DNA of 60,694 nucleotides, the filler included, from Circinaria calcarea (Eukaryota), in assembly GCA_051942165.1 (NCBI GenBank). It is 5 parts of 5 records of this genome, joined end to end, with 100 filler letters (N's around TTAATTAATTAA, not from the genome) between each part and the next. Parts side by side here need not be neighbours in the genome. Positions count along the whole stretch, not along the records: positions 12,176 to 24,248 come from JAVECS010000612.1; positions 24,349 to 36,408 come from JAVECS010000614.1; 3 more parts are not named here. One strand, 5' to 3'. The position numbers and the translations under genes were made by a program. The notes below the pieces were generated by a model, which made no database searches, was not told the DNA's origin, and worked only from the letters and a program-made list of their open reading frames with translations. Of the stretch, positions 16,154 to 28,962 are shown piece after piece; the stretch's first letter is position 1; each line of letters opens with the position of its first letter.

Positions 16154-16972
16154 TATTGATTACTGTCTAGCCATTCTGTTGCGGGTACCAGCTTCTTGAC
16201 AGGTACGAACAGCCTGCAATAGGTTACAATAGGACTTGAAGCAGAGTGGGTTTGATTCATGGGTTGATATGATACGACACTATTGCTCTTGCGGCTCATA
16301 TATAGACTTTGACTCAACGTCAAGTTTGTCCCCGCCTAACCTTCCACAGTGGTTGGTGTTTTAGCCTTATGCTCGCCGGTTTATCAACTTTAATGAGCAA
16401 GTACTAATGTCATCAAATTCTACCATATATACCATAGTCCGCTAAGACGAGTGTTTTCTCGGCCATCGTTTCATGATGACCCATAGTGCAATTTCGTGAT
16501 CAGCTCCATTGGCCTATCCTGTAGAGGTGCTTGCAGTTCCCCATCCTGTAGTCACTTCGTATTCGCTCAGATTCATTTACATTTGGAGTCGTAATACACT
16601 AGGTCCGCAATTTAGGTACACAAAGATGGCAAGGCTCAGATAGGTTGGACATAGACCTGACATATCTACAGCCCGATATTTGCCCTTGGTGGCTTACCAT
16701 ACAACCATAATCCCCAGGGTTTATGTGGACTTTTCGAGCTCTTAGTATCTTGAGATTCATAGCAGCGACTATCGCGTAAATTTAGCATCGGCGATAACGT
16801 AGATTGGTAGGGCTGAATCTGCTATCTAACGGTCCGAAGGGTCGCTTAAGCAGCTGGGTTTCTCAATTGGGCGGCTGAGTGACAGACAGCCTCGCATCAA
16901 CCATTAGGTAGTCTGCAATGATCAGGACTCTTGCAATTGTTATGGTAAGCATATAAGGTTATATCGGTCAAG

Positions 16973-19334
16973 ATGCCGACGACACCCAAGAAAGAGGCTT
17001 CCGCTGAAGAAGCGGGCATTATCCCGTCACATGGAATATCTCTTGATATTCCTGGTGTTGAAGGTCCGACTCGGCCGTCAAACATTAGGCACATGTATAT
17101 ACAGATGGGACCCAGAGGTAAAGTCTCGGAGCTGATCATATCTACTCCCTTTAGGTCATCCCCAGCCTACGAAAGCCCTCTAAGGCACCACTGTCGGAAG
17201 CCTTCTACCCCACGACAGGTGAAGGAAACCCTACATGCGCGCTCGGAGTATACGAACAGTGAAGATGACGGGGCATCAATACATCGTATTAATCAGTATT
17301 GCATAAAGCAAGAGATTGGTAGAGGTTCATTCGGTGCAGTCCACCTGGCAGTCGATCAACATGGAAACAAATATGTAAGGGGTCTACGACTTTAAGTGAT
17401 CTTGTAAAATCAGTTGTGGATTCGATGACTTCTATGTATCATCAAGTAACCAGCCTTTTGGTGCTGACCCCTGTGCTCAGGCTGTCAAAGAATTCTCCAA
17501 ATCGCGGCTCCGTAAACGAGCCCAGTCCAACATCCTTCGCCGGCCGCATGGGATTAGACGACCCGGTCATTTAGCAGCTGGCATGGGCTTCAATTCGCCA
17601 TTGCACCGGCATTCAGCATCAGACATTCATGATGGCGAAGAAGCAGGTAACCCGCTATACCTAATCAAGGAAGAGATTGCTATAATGAAGAAGCTGAACC
17701 ATCCGAATCTGGTATCCCTGATTGAAGTTCTGGATGATCCGAATGAAGATTCGCTGTACATGGTGCTCGAGATGTGCGAGAAGGGGGTGATTATGAAGGT
17801 CGGGGTTAACGAAAGAGCCGATCCTTACGATCCTGAAGATTGCAGATGCTGGTTCCGCGATCTAATACTAGGAATTGAGTACTTGCACGCGCAGGGTGTT
17901 GTACACCGAGATATCAAACCAGACAATTGCCTCTTAACTGCAGACGATGAGCTGAAGATTGTCGACTTTGGCGTTTCCGAAATGTTCGAGAAACAATCCG
18001 AAATGAAGACTGCCAAGTCAGCAGGGTCACCGGCCTTTCTCCCCCCCGAGCTTTGTGTATCCAAGCATGGAGATATTTCCGGGAAAGCGGTCGATATATG
18101 GTCAATGGGAGTAACGCTCTACTGCTTGTATTTTGGAAGGATCCCTTTCGAGAAGGCAGGAGTTCTTGACTTGTATGAGTCGATCAAAAATGATGGACTC
18201 GAAATCGGGGGAGAATGTGAAGAGGATTTCAAGGATCTAATGCACAGAATCCTAGAGAAAGATCCAGACAAACGCATCACTATGACAGAGCTACGGGTAG
18301 GTGTCTAATCTGCATAAAGACATTTTGGCATGACTAATATCATTTCTAGGACCACCCATGGGTGACAAGGCGAGGTGAAGATCCGTTACTGTCTGCAGAG
18401 GAAAACACCGCAGAGCTCGTCGAACCGCCCACAGAGGAGGAGATGAGTCAAGCGATCACAGGCAACCTCAGCAATCTTATAGTTGTTGTATGTGTTTTGC
18501 CCGAGTCGCTTCCTTCATGAATACTAAATCGGATATCAGATGAGAGCGGTCAAAAAGTTCAAAGGTCTCCTTACCAGAAGGAGGCCATACCTGATGGACA
18601 GCATACTTGGACGGGACACGCGCATGGTCCAGCCTCCTTTATCCATGGATAGCTCAGAAGGAAGACCAGGGGGAAGACCGAAACATCTCACAACTCGCAG
18701 CTTCGATGCTCATAACCGTAGACCCATTGAGCAGACACTGGTTGCGGAAGGAGTCCATCGGAAGCTTGACACGGATGTGGTGAAGATTCCTTCTGAACGG
18801 AATGATAGCGCAGCTGTCTCAGGACCACCGAAAAGGAAAACAGGTAGTTTTGACCAAAAAGATAACGAGGGGCAGTCAAACCCAAAACAGGTGATCGACA
18901 CTCATCACGGGGCACGTCGGTCTAGCAGAGTTCCCCGTCCTCAGGGATCCGAAAATCACAAAGATATGGGCAAAGGGCATGCCCACAATCCATTGGAAGA
19001 GTATATCAACCTAGAAGTGGGACCAAAAGGAGAGGACGATCCACCGGACCCTCCAGCGGTCAGCGAATCCCCCCCTGCAGCCGATATTGATATCTACGAG
19101 ACCGCCTATCACAAAGAGGTTGAGCGTATTCGGGCAGATCAAGGCAAGGAAGCGAGATTATACTTGACACGACGGGTGGACGACAAGAAGGAGTATCAAG
19201 ACGACGAAAATATGGTGGGTCTTGATTCCGACGTGGCTGATGCAGCACCACCACCAAGCGGATTGGCCAAAGTTCTTCACAAGGTCAAAGAAAAGAGTAG
19301 GCCGGTCGACGGAGCCGACGGAGAGGCGGAGTAA
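16973..19334 (+). CDS. Ca2+/calmodulin-dependent protein kinase kinase (CmkC-like), spliced
   Basis: INQYCIKQEIGRGSFGAVHLA, AVKEFSKSRLRKRA, EEIAIMKKLNHPNLV, HRDIKPDN, DFGVSE, AGSPAFLPPE, and the CaM-binding-like segment MRAVKKFK. Introns at about 17375-17480, 18297-18349 and 18488-18539. Start codon uncertain. Confidence 0.88.
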
Positions 19335-21117
19335 TGTGGCGACGTTTGGCAGGCCGAGATCAGCTCCGATTGATGATGTCTGACAGTGATCACCGATCAG
19401 GTTTGATATTGGATCCGGCGAGCATGCTATACACATAGGGGCCGGGTTTCGAATAGGTCTGGAACTACGAGGCGGACGTATGACTGCCAACGAGTTTCTA
19501 TGGACTGTTCCGGGAGTAGCTGTGCCATAAGCGAGACCGTTGTGATTATGCAGGAATGTCGATAGTGCTTCCACCAAACAGACCCAGGCGGTAGGACATC
19601 AGCGCCATATGGCCATGTTCCAGCGAGAGCACGTTCACACGTTGATTGGAGCTCACAGCATTTCTTCCCGAGTTGGTTGTCAATGTCGACATTTCTTGCC
19701 GCATGGGCTGACTGCACTTGCATTTGGAGCTTCCTAAATCACACCAACTAACTGACTGTATGAGGGATTTATGAGGCCGTACCCTTGCCCCCTCCGGCCA
19801 TCGCTCTCCGCTAGAGCTGCACCTTACCGTCGCTGTGCTGGCGGAGACACCTGAAACGCAGGCCCCGCTTGAACGATGGGCCTCTTTTTGGCCGGGGAAG
19901 GGTGCAATTTCCATGCCCCGACCAGCGATAAGCATTGCGTCTGGACGGCCGTCGACCTCTCCGACATGATGGGTATTCTCTTTTCCTCATTGCTCCGATT
20001 GATTATTGTCTGTGGAGCCAGGTCGCATGACACCCTTATACCCTTCAATGGTTCGCGCTCCCATTTGATGACACGCCGGCGACCAACTCTGACCAAATGC
20101 GCCGGACCAAATCTTCAGGATCTGATCGTGGAGGCCACCCCCCATACGGTTGTAGGAAGAATGTGCGTGGACAATTCATCGTTGTTTGCTGTAGACCTCA
20201 CCCCAGCTCGAAGCCGAGAGGGCAGTAGGAGATACGATCAAGATACCGTAGAAGATTCTGGCATTGTTCCTCTGTAGTTACAAGCACCCGCACGTGATTG
20301 CGACTGTCAAAACCCGACGTCTGCGTGCGTCGGCGGAAAAAAGAAAAGAAAGCAGCAGCAAAACAAAGGCAGTGCAGGCGTTCGTTCCCACACGTTCGCG
20401 CCCACCTTTTCCTCTTCCTTTTCCTTTTTCCTTCTCCTCTTCACCTCCAAACCATCCCGCCTAAGCCTCGCGATCCCCCAACTTCCAAGCACAACGTGTC
20501 CTGTTGCACCGACTCTTCCGTTAGCTTGCCATACACCGCTCCTCTCTCTGCCAGAAAGATGTCTTTCCGAGGACAACAGCGACGAGACGAGGCCCTGCCT
20601 GCCCCGCCCAAAGGTACCCTCGGTTCCACTAAAATTGAGGGAATTTGAATTCAGTCCAGTCCATTCCATAAGCCATCCATCACCATAGCCCTTCCCCAGC
20701 GCTTCATTTAGTTCGGTCGTCGATTCTCCATCCATAGCATGCCTGATTAATTTCCTTCCCATCAGCGTTCGATTGCACTGCCGTGGGCAGGCTCTTGCGC
20801 AAAGCTGTCGTCGCCCCCCTCTAGCTTAACTGCTCGTCAGGCGAGCGACTCTTTTAGCCGTCAATCTGACAGGAAGATTGGGTAATCAGAGCTGAAGAAC
20901 CTGCTGCTCACTCAGACGCCATCTCCTACTGTCCGTTTCCGATTATCAACAATCCTACTGTCAGCAGAAAAAGTTCACGCCTTTATTTGGTCAGGTCAAG
21001 TGCGAACTCCAGCCTTAGACTTGGTTCAACGGCTATCTAAAGGGCATTCCCCGTCCACCGCGGACTCGTGTCCAACCTCAGCGCCACCCATATCCTCCAC
21101 CGATCCAATCCTACAAC

Positions 21118-22715
21118 ATGACTCCTTCCTCAGGCGTGGACGGTCATTCTGGCCCGACGCCATCCCCATCCATCTCGACGACATCGTTGCAATCGCAAGA
21201 TATGAAAGCTCATGACCCTACCCCGACCATTTTAGAGGAGCCTACCGAAGGATACCGTGAACCGCCAATTCAACCGACACCGAAGAAACCAACCATTACG
21301 AACCGTTTCACACGCATGTTCTCTCACGCTTCGAAAGCCTCCCGCGAGACGGACGGTTCCAGGGAGGGTTGTCGAGACAACGGTGGCTCGGATATAGAGA
21401 CCAACGGTATAGCTTCGAGCTCGTTGAAAACAGCACCTCCTTCGAGAAAATCGTCATACAGCGAGAAGCACCATGTAGCCGCCACCGACGGGGAACAAAG
21501 GCAGGGTTCGGTGGCAAATAAAAAGGACAAGGAACCCGAATCAACGCACCGGCGCTTCGAGGTCTTGCCCAATGGGAGCCACGAACATCATTTGAAAAGC
21601 ACGAAGCGACAAGAAAAGTTATCTGATATGCTGCGTGACATGCTGGTCGGGAAGAAGAAGGAAGACCACGGTGCTGGGGGGGAGGAGCAGCAGCTGTCGC
21701 TCATGTCCACGTGGGTGGATCAATTAAAAAACGAGCGCGAGAGGCTAGCCGTAGAAAAGAAGGGGGGACCCAACGCGACACACACTTTGGTAGAAAAATA
21801 CGGAAAGTGCCAGGAGATTGTGGGACGCGGCGCATTTGGCATAGTCAGGATATCACATAAGACAGATCCAAAGGACTCGAAGGTGGAGCAGCTCTACGCC
21901 GTCAAGGAGTTCCGACGGCGGCCTCAAGAGTCGCCGAAAAAGTACCAGAAACGTCTCACTTCCGAGTTCTGCATCTCTTCGTCACTCCGCCACCCCAACG
22001 TGATCCATACCCTCGATCTCTTGCAGGATGCCAAGGGAGACTACTGTGAGGTCATGGAGTTCTGTGCGGGAGGGGATCTCTATACCCTTGTGTTGGCGGC
22101 CGGTAAGCTCGATGTCGTGGAGGCAGACTGCTTCTTTAAGCAGCTGATGCGCGGCGTCGAGTATATGCATGAAATGGGAGTTGCACATCGCGATCTAAAA
22201 CCCGAAAATCTTCTGCTTACTACGCATGGATCTCTCAAAATCACGGACTTCGGCAACGGCGAGTGCTTCAGGATGGCCTGGGAAAAGGAGGCACATATGA
22301 CGGCGGGTCTATGTGGCTCGGCTCCGTACATTGCTCCGGAGGAATATATCGACAAGGAGTTTGACCCCAGGGCTGTTGACGTCTGGGCGACTGGTGTCAT
22401 TTACATGGCAATGAGGACTGGGCGGCATCTGTGGAGGGTGGCAAAGGCTGACGAAGATGAGTTCTACGAAAAGTACCTTGAAGGCCGGAGGGACGAGGAC
22501 GGGTATCAGCCGATAGAATCGTTACACCGGGTAAGTGTTGCCATTCCATCCTCTTCGCGCTGATCCCCTAACATCTTCGCAAGGCACGTTGTCGTAACGT
22601 CATCTATTCCATTCTCGATCCTCAACCCAGTCGCCGTATCACCGCATCTCAGGTTCTCAAATCCGAATGGGGTCGTGAGATCAAGCTTTGCAAGGCTGGA
22701 GAAGAGGGATTCTAG
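21118..22715 (+). CDS. SAT4: HAL family Ser/Thr kinase (Sat4/Hal4-like)
   Basis: EKYGKCQEIVGRGAFGIVRISHK, KRLTSEFCISSSLRHPNVIHTLDL, HRDLKPEN, DFGNGECF. The last exon ARCRNVIYSILDP...KAGEEGF* follows an intron at about 22530-22583. Confidence 0.9.
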
Positions 22716-23462
22716 ACCTATACAATTACCACGTTCAGGAACCCCGTTGCACATATCTGCTCTAATCGACGCCATGCCTGACGACGTTATGCTCTGCTCT
22801 GGTTTTCACCTCTCGGGATCCCGGCTGGCTACCTCACTATTTATATCCTATACCCTCGATCACTCACGCAGTTTCTGATGATTTGTCGTTTTCATGAGCC
22901 GTGGCGTTCTTGGTAAAAAGGGGGTTAGAAGTAGGCAACTTTGTCAAGAAGGGCATGGGAGAGGCTCCTACAATGTTTGACTTTGTGTTGATTGGAATTT
23001 AGCCGTTAATCAACAGACTGAGTCACTAAATAACCTCGATTCAGTTTACCTAATCCAGTAACCTCAATCGTCTGTGTTTTGTGTGTGAATGATGCATGCA
23101 GACATGGAAGGAGTGCTTAAGCAAGCCAACGAGACATGATTTTCTGATAAACCGTAGCATTTTCATGAGTTGTTACCTTAGTTCAGGACTGACCGCCAAA
23201 ATCGCACTACATCTCCCTTCTGGGACTGAAGGGAGAGGCGTGGCACTATTCATGCCCAAACCCCGACCATTCCGTATTTGGTCCCGCATGCTTTACTCCG
23301 TACATCTCCAGCGTCACTCTGCCCCGGCGCACCAATATCTTCATAATAGCATTTTACCTCCCAACCTCCATAACCTGCTTGCCGTTCGCCCAAATTCCGA
23401 AACTACCAGCCCAGCTCTATCCAAATCCGTCCCAAAGCCAATTCATCATCGCAACCGCAACG

Positions 23463-24248
23463 ATGTCGTGGGCAGGTATGCTCTTTGTTCTCCTCCCATG
23501 TCATATTGTACAATTTCCCGGTAGCAGTTATGCTGACTGCTGCTTCCCAGGCATCAAAAAAAATATCAACCGTGCAACGACGCAGGTCATGATGAAGACG
23601 GGTATGCGCCTATCCCCTGGCTATACCGAGGGTTACCATACAAGGCTGATGCGGAACTTGGGCGATACTAGGCCATGTGGAGAAAACCAACGACAGGGAC
23701 TATGAGGTTGAAGAACGGTAAACTACCTGGAGACGGACCAGTCGACAAATATGCAAAAGCGTGACGGCTGATACTGAAGCTGGGTCTAGACGATACCGTA
23801 CAATGGAATCCGCAGCAACACGGTTACAGAAAGAGGCAAAAGGCTACCTAGATTCCCTCCGAGGTAAGATGTCTTCAAGGCAGCATTTATGCTGTTCCCG
23901 TTAAGTGGCTCTTGAAGTTATATTAACTTGAGCGCATCCAAAAGCTATGACAGCTTCCCAAATGCGGATAGCGGAAACAATTGATGCATTTTACGGCGAT
24001 GCCGGAGCAAAAGACGGCGTGAGTCGAAGCTACAAACAAGCGGTTGAAGATCTGGACGCGGAGACTATCAAAGCGTTGGATGGACCGTACCGGTACTTCT
24101 ACTTGCACTCTACAAGACTTCAACAGCAACTTACCTCTTGGTTTAGGACAACGGTTCTCGAACCCATAATGCGTTTCTGCGCCTACTTCCCCGATATAAA
24201 CGAATGTAAATCAATCCTTTCCTCCCCCTCCTGCCCCCCTTTTCCCTC
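23463..24248 (+). CDS. RVS161: BAR-domain amphiphysin Rvs161/Hob3 (3' truncated)
   Basis: Spliced MSWAGIKKNINRATTQVMMKTGHVEKTNDRDYEVEERRYRTMESAATRLQKEAKGYLDSLRAMTASQMRIAETIDAFYG...RFCAYFPDINE. Confidence 0.93.
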
Positions 24249-24348
24249 NNNNNNNNNNNNNNNNNNNNNNNNNNNNNNNNNNNNNNNNNNNNTTAATTAA
24301 TTAANNNNNNNNNNNNNNNNNNNNNNNNNNNNNNNNNNNNNNNNNNNN
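24249..24348. other. Artificial contig-joining spacer
   Basis: N44-TTAATTAATTAA-N44. Confidence 0.98.
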
Positions 24349-24693
24349 GCACGCCAGGACTCTCAGCGGCAGAGCTGCCACCGGGCCCAAGGGGTTGCTC
24401 CCGCTGTTGGGGAAGCAGCATCACCACCATTCTTCTCCGGATACTCCTGCCCCCTCTCTCCCACATCCGCCAACCCCAACACCAAGCCCACCAAGCCCGC
24501 CCTATCAGCAAACCTCTCCCTCATAAACGCCGCCATGGAATCCAACCCGTTCGTAATCGTCCCACTGGTCCAGATCTTCCCATCCCTCACCCATCTCTTC
24601 CGCTCCCACTTCACATCCGGATGCTGCTTCCCCAACAGCGGGAGCAACCCCTTGGGCCCGGTGGCAGCTCTGCCGCTGAGAGTCCCGGCGTGC
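24349..24693. repeat. 74-bp inverted repeat at contig start (24349-24422 vs 24620-24693)
   Basis: The first 74 nt of the contig are the reverse complement of internal DJ-1 coding sequence, with 1 mismatch. Confidence 0.92.
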
Positions 24694-25221
24694 AGGGCGG
24701 GGAAAATGCCGGTGCAGACTGTCATGAAGGCGTCGCAGTGGGCAAGCTGGGTGCGCAGGAAGGAGATCACGGCGGGGGAAGGTACGTACGCTGGACTGGG
24801 GCCGCCGAGGATGAGGATGTCGAGGGGGGGACAGGTGGCGATGGAGTCCTATTCGCAAATTACCATTCCGAGTTGTCAGTCGGGATTTGACTTTATTCTT
24901 GAGGGTGAGGCGATACTTGTATGCTCATGCAGATGCAGATGTCGAAAAAGCTGCAAGCGACTAAGGATGAACCTAACCTACCGTGACACCGAGTCTGAAT
25001 CCCGCAGTCATGGCTTGCATGCCCTCGCCGCTCTCGGTTACATAGTGGAACTCCATCTCCACACCTTGCGCAATGATGCTCTCCGGTAGTGAGCAGGCTC
25101 GCAGGTAGGATGGCTGCATCATACCGAGGATGTCGGCGGAGGAGACGTCGAGGAGCTGGACGCCATCGCTGAGGAGGATGATGCCGACTTGTAGAGGTGC
25201 GGGTGTCTCGGCGGTAGACAT
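24363..25221 (-). CDS. DJ-1/PfpI (class I glutamine amidotransferase-like) protein; C-terminus probably chimeric
   Basis: VQLLDVSSADIL, MTAGFRLGVT|DSIATCPPLDILILGGP, nucleophile motif TVCTG, KRWVRDGKIWTSGTITNGLD. One intron at about 24850-24980. Confidence 0.85.
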
Positions 25222-25940
25222 AGCTTGGGCGGGGGGAATGGGTTGCTTGATTAAGGGAGGTTGATGGCTCGATATAAGGAAAAGAAGAGAGGGCTATTGA
25301 GGAAACGGATGGTCGGGAGTATAAAAGGCGAGGAGAAAATAGAAGAGGCCGCCATAAATGAGTTGAGAAATGAGGACGAGCACTTTGTATTTCATGTATC
25401 GCCACGGAGAACGGAACGACCATATCAACTTTGCTTCCGTGATTGCTGCAACGGTTTTCTCGCCAGCAGCATAGGTAGGTCCAACAAGCCTATATTACCA
25501 ACACGGAACAACGGAGTTTACCTTTTCTTCCGTGATTGCGGTCGTACGTTGCACAACACCAGCATGATACTGGTAATATCACATAATAGACCTGACAATC
25601 AGCGAGGAGTTTCCACCGCGTCTGCGTGCATCGGCTCTTCCGGTGAAATTGGAATCAAGCCCTCTTTTAATTTGAGAGGAAGACGCCGAACCACCTTTAC
25701 TGACCCACATGCACAACTTTAAGCCCAGAGGATAAAGTATTACAGTAGTATCTGTCGGGCCTCTATAATCCAGTGTCTAGCAGCAAAGACACGTGCGACA
25801 TCAGTCATTAACGAATTGACAAGAAAGAAGCGTCGAACAACGCTTATACTCCCTTTGAGTAGCCCTCCCACGAACCGCCGAACTCCAGCCTACCAACTCT
25901 TCCCTCCAACCACCGCTATGCAGTTTGAAAAGAAAAAAGA

Positions 25941-27162
25941 TCAATAACTCCTTGGCACCCGAAGCTCATCAAGTCGCCTACAGTTCCGTAGTTCCAGACT
26001 CATAGCTTCTCGCATTTTATCGACATCCTGGAAGAACCACCCTTGCGCATCGTGGATCATGCGATTCCTCCTTTGCGACTCGAGTTCGCACTCGTATTGG
26101 AGTGTGGAGACATAATTCACTTCTGCCCGTTGGTCTAATTGGCTCATCTTCCGGTTACTATAATCGATAACGTCGTTGGGATTGAGATAATAATCCACCT
26201 TCAACCGTGGGGTTTTCCGATGTAAAGTGTGTGGTGGTGATGGTGTTTCGAAGCGGAATGTCGGGCCCGCTGGTTCAGAAGAGCTTGAGGAAAAGAGCGA
26301 GGAGAGGAGGGGGAGGATGAAGAGGATAAGGAGAGGAAGTAGATTCGTAAGGACAGATGTAGCAGACTGAGGGCGTTCTTCGCCATTTGCATTAGCTTCG
26401 CGAGGCCTCCGCCTGGGTTGACGTCCTCCAAACTGATGTACACGAATTCCAGGGCCGCCACCAAGGTTGAAGACAAATTGAGGCCCGCTGTCGAACATAC
26501 CCCCACCCCCTATGCAGGTCAGATAGTTATTGCTTAGGTGTTAGGCCGGGGTATATCTCACCACCAAATGGCCCAAAGCCTCCCCCACCACCCATCCCTC
26601 CACCGAAGAATCGATTGAACAACTCTTCTGGTGATATCTCATCCTCGTACATGGGGCCTCTTCCACTGCTTGGCGATCGCGCAAAGCCGCTAAATGGTGA
26701 TGACGCTGCCGACGCCGCACCCGCTCCAAAGCGATTGTCCGGGTCTCCTCCGAATTTATCGTATTTGGCCTTTTTGTCCGCATCTGACAGTATCTGGAAG
26801 GCTCTTGATACCACTGCAGGGAGAAAGCACATTGTCAGCCTTTTGCAATCATAAATCTTCCCATGGACGTAAGTTCATATCGGCCTACTCTTAAACGCCT
26901 CGTCGGCACCCTCGTAGCCGTTTTTATCAGGATGGGTTAAAAGGCTTAATTTCCTATAAGCCTTCTTGATCTCCCCATCCGATACTGTTTTCTCCACCCC
27001 GAGAATCTCGTAGAAGGCTGTCGGCGAGCATTTCCGTACCCTTATCACCGCGATTTTCTGTTCAGCTGTGTATTTCCGATCCTGGTTGCCCTGGTTGTGT
27101 TCCCGACTTCTGGCATTCCCATTGGGAGTTGCATCGGCGTCGGATGCTGTCGCAGAGGGCAT
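25941..27162 (-). CDS. HLJ1: ER-membrane DnaJ co-chaperone (Hlj1/DNAJB12-like; J domain, G/F region, TM, DUF1977-type tail), spliced
   Basis: FYEILG...[17 protein letters not shown] (HPD motif), [44 protein letters not shown]. Two introns. Confidence 0.9.
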
Positions 27163-27522
27163 GGCGAGGCAGCTTGACGTGCCCGGAAATTGATGCTTTG
27201 CACAAACCTAGACTTTCGCAATAGTGAGAAGCCCTGTGTAAAAGTGTCACTGTGCGATATGGAAGATGTTCCTTCAATAGATCCTTCTCGTCCGACCAAT
27301 CTAGTGATCGTGGTCTTTGTGATATCGGTACTAAGTTGTTTCGTGCACGCTAAGAGCGGGTAGATGTTTGATGACGGAGGACGGAACTTCATCAACACCG
27401 GTAGATGGAGCTCTCGTGTACTCACCAAAATTATAACGCTTTGAACCCAATGGTTTTCTTTGCATTGTACCATTGTTAAACAAAGCGGCTTTCTCACTCG
27501 TGGAGATTACTCACCACCACCA

Positions 27523-27998
27523 ATGGCCGACAAGAAGGTCGAGGAGGAAGTCAAGGCCTCTGCGACCTCCTCCGCCAGAGCATGGGGAGGTACAATCTAC
27601 AAGTCTCCAGTCGCATAGACCCACAAGCAATTGACACTCATACCTCAGAATCACCCGTCCCTCCAGCAGTTCTCGCGACCCTGATAGCCGCTCAGCATGC
27701 ACGCCCGCCGCAGTTTCTCCCCCTCCTGTTCCCTCCGATCCTCCTCTTCAGTACCTACCTCAACCTCAGCGATTACAAAATAGACGCGGCGGGTATAAAT
27801 GCCGCGTGGTCGGGCTTATATCTGATACTGGCGCGGAGGAGGAAACAGCCACTGATGAAGAAATGGGGAACAAGGGGCATTATCAGGGGGACGACGATGG
27901 GGGTATGTGCGGCCAACTTACTCAGTGGGGGATTCGTTTATGCGACGGGACGGAGAAGTCGAGAGGAGGCTGGAAGGGATGGTGGTAGAGTGGTGTGA
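27523..27998 (+). CDS. Small conserved fungal membrane protein (Aim19-like), 2 exons
   Basis: MADKKVEEEVKASATSSARAWG|ESPVPPAVLATLIAAQHARP...DAAGINAAWSGLYLILA...NLLSGGFVY. Intron at about 27590-27648. Family assignment is from memory. Confidence 0.65.
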
Positions 27999-28962
27999 CC
28001 CGGTGTGGGTTAATCCTTCAGATACCCGTGTAAGTATAAGTACAGTCTAATCACGTCACTACGAACATATGGATCTCTAGGTTCAACTGAGGGCGAGTGG
28101 CGCAAGTCAATGCTCAACGGTCAAGTCTCAATTACACTCACTGAGTCCCAGCTTCGCTTAGAAGAATAACAAGCCAATAGGCTTCCAGTCTATCACAGAG
28201 GTTTGATGTACGGAGGGGTAGAGATAAGGCGGTAGGTTGGCTTTGGTTAATATCAAAAAGCTCCCAGAGTATAAAGATGTGTTGTTAACCAAGTTGGGTA
28301 AAACATCATCAAGGGAAGGGAGAGAGGGAGCGGAGTAGGGAGCTATGTAGCACGAATTACTCGGACTGAACAGTAAGCAAGCTTAGTGAACACAGACGGC
28401 AGTGTAATGTCCAAAGCATACAATCCGTCGGACACAATCGACATCTGCAAGCACGCTTGGTATCACAGTCATCCTTTGAGGCTGGTCCGTCATACCCTAT
28501 ATACAGTCGGTCTGGAAGGTTGGACCTAATCCAATACATACAAATGAAGCAGACATGAGTAGCATACACATGTCCTGGCCATACTCCAGCCATTTATGCA
28601 CCTATGACCGGCTAACTCCGACCCCTCAGACGCCCTGCTTCGCATTTTCCCAAACAGCTCTAGGGGTGCTGTCCTAAGGCAACTGACTTTTCCTGTCCTC
28701 GGACATCTTTTCCTACCCGCAATGTATGAAGTAGTAAAACATGCTACATACGACAAATCGTGTTGTCATGCTCTCGGAAATGAAAGGTGATGAGAAAGCC
28801 TCATGCACCGTCATTAAAATCATGTCGTAAATACCCGTATCGTACATACCAGTTATCGTTTCGTTAAGATGCTCGACTAGAAGAAGCATAAAATAGGATT
28901 CAAAGAAGAACTTCATAAAGTTGACAAGGGTGTCGTCAAGATCTGGGAAGAACCGTCGGGGC

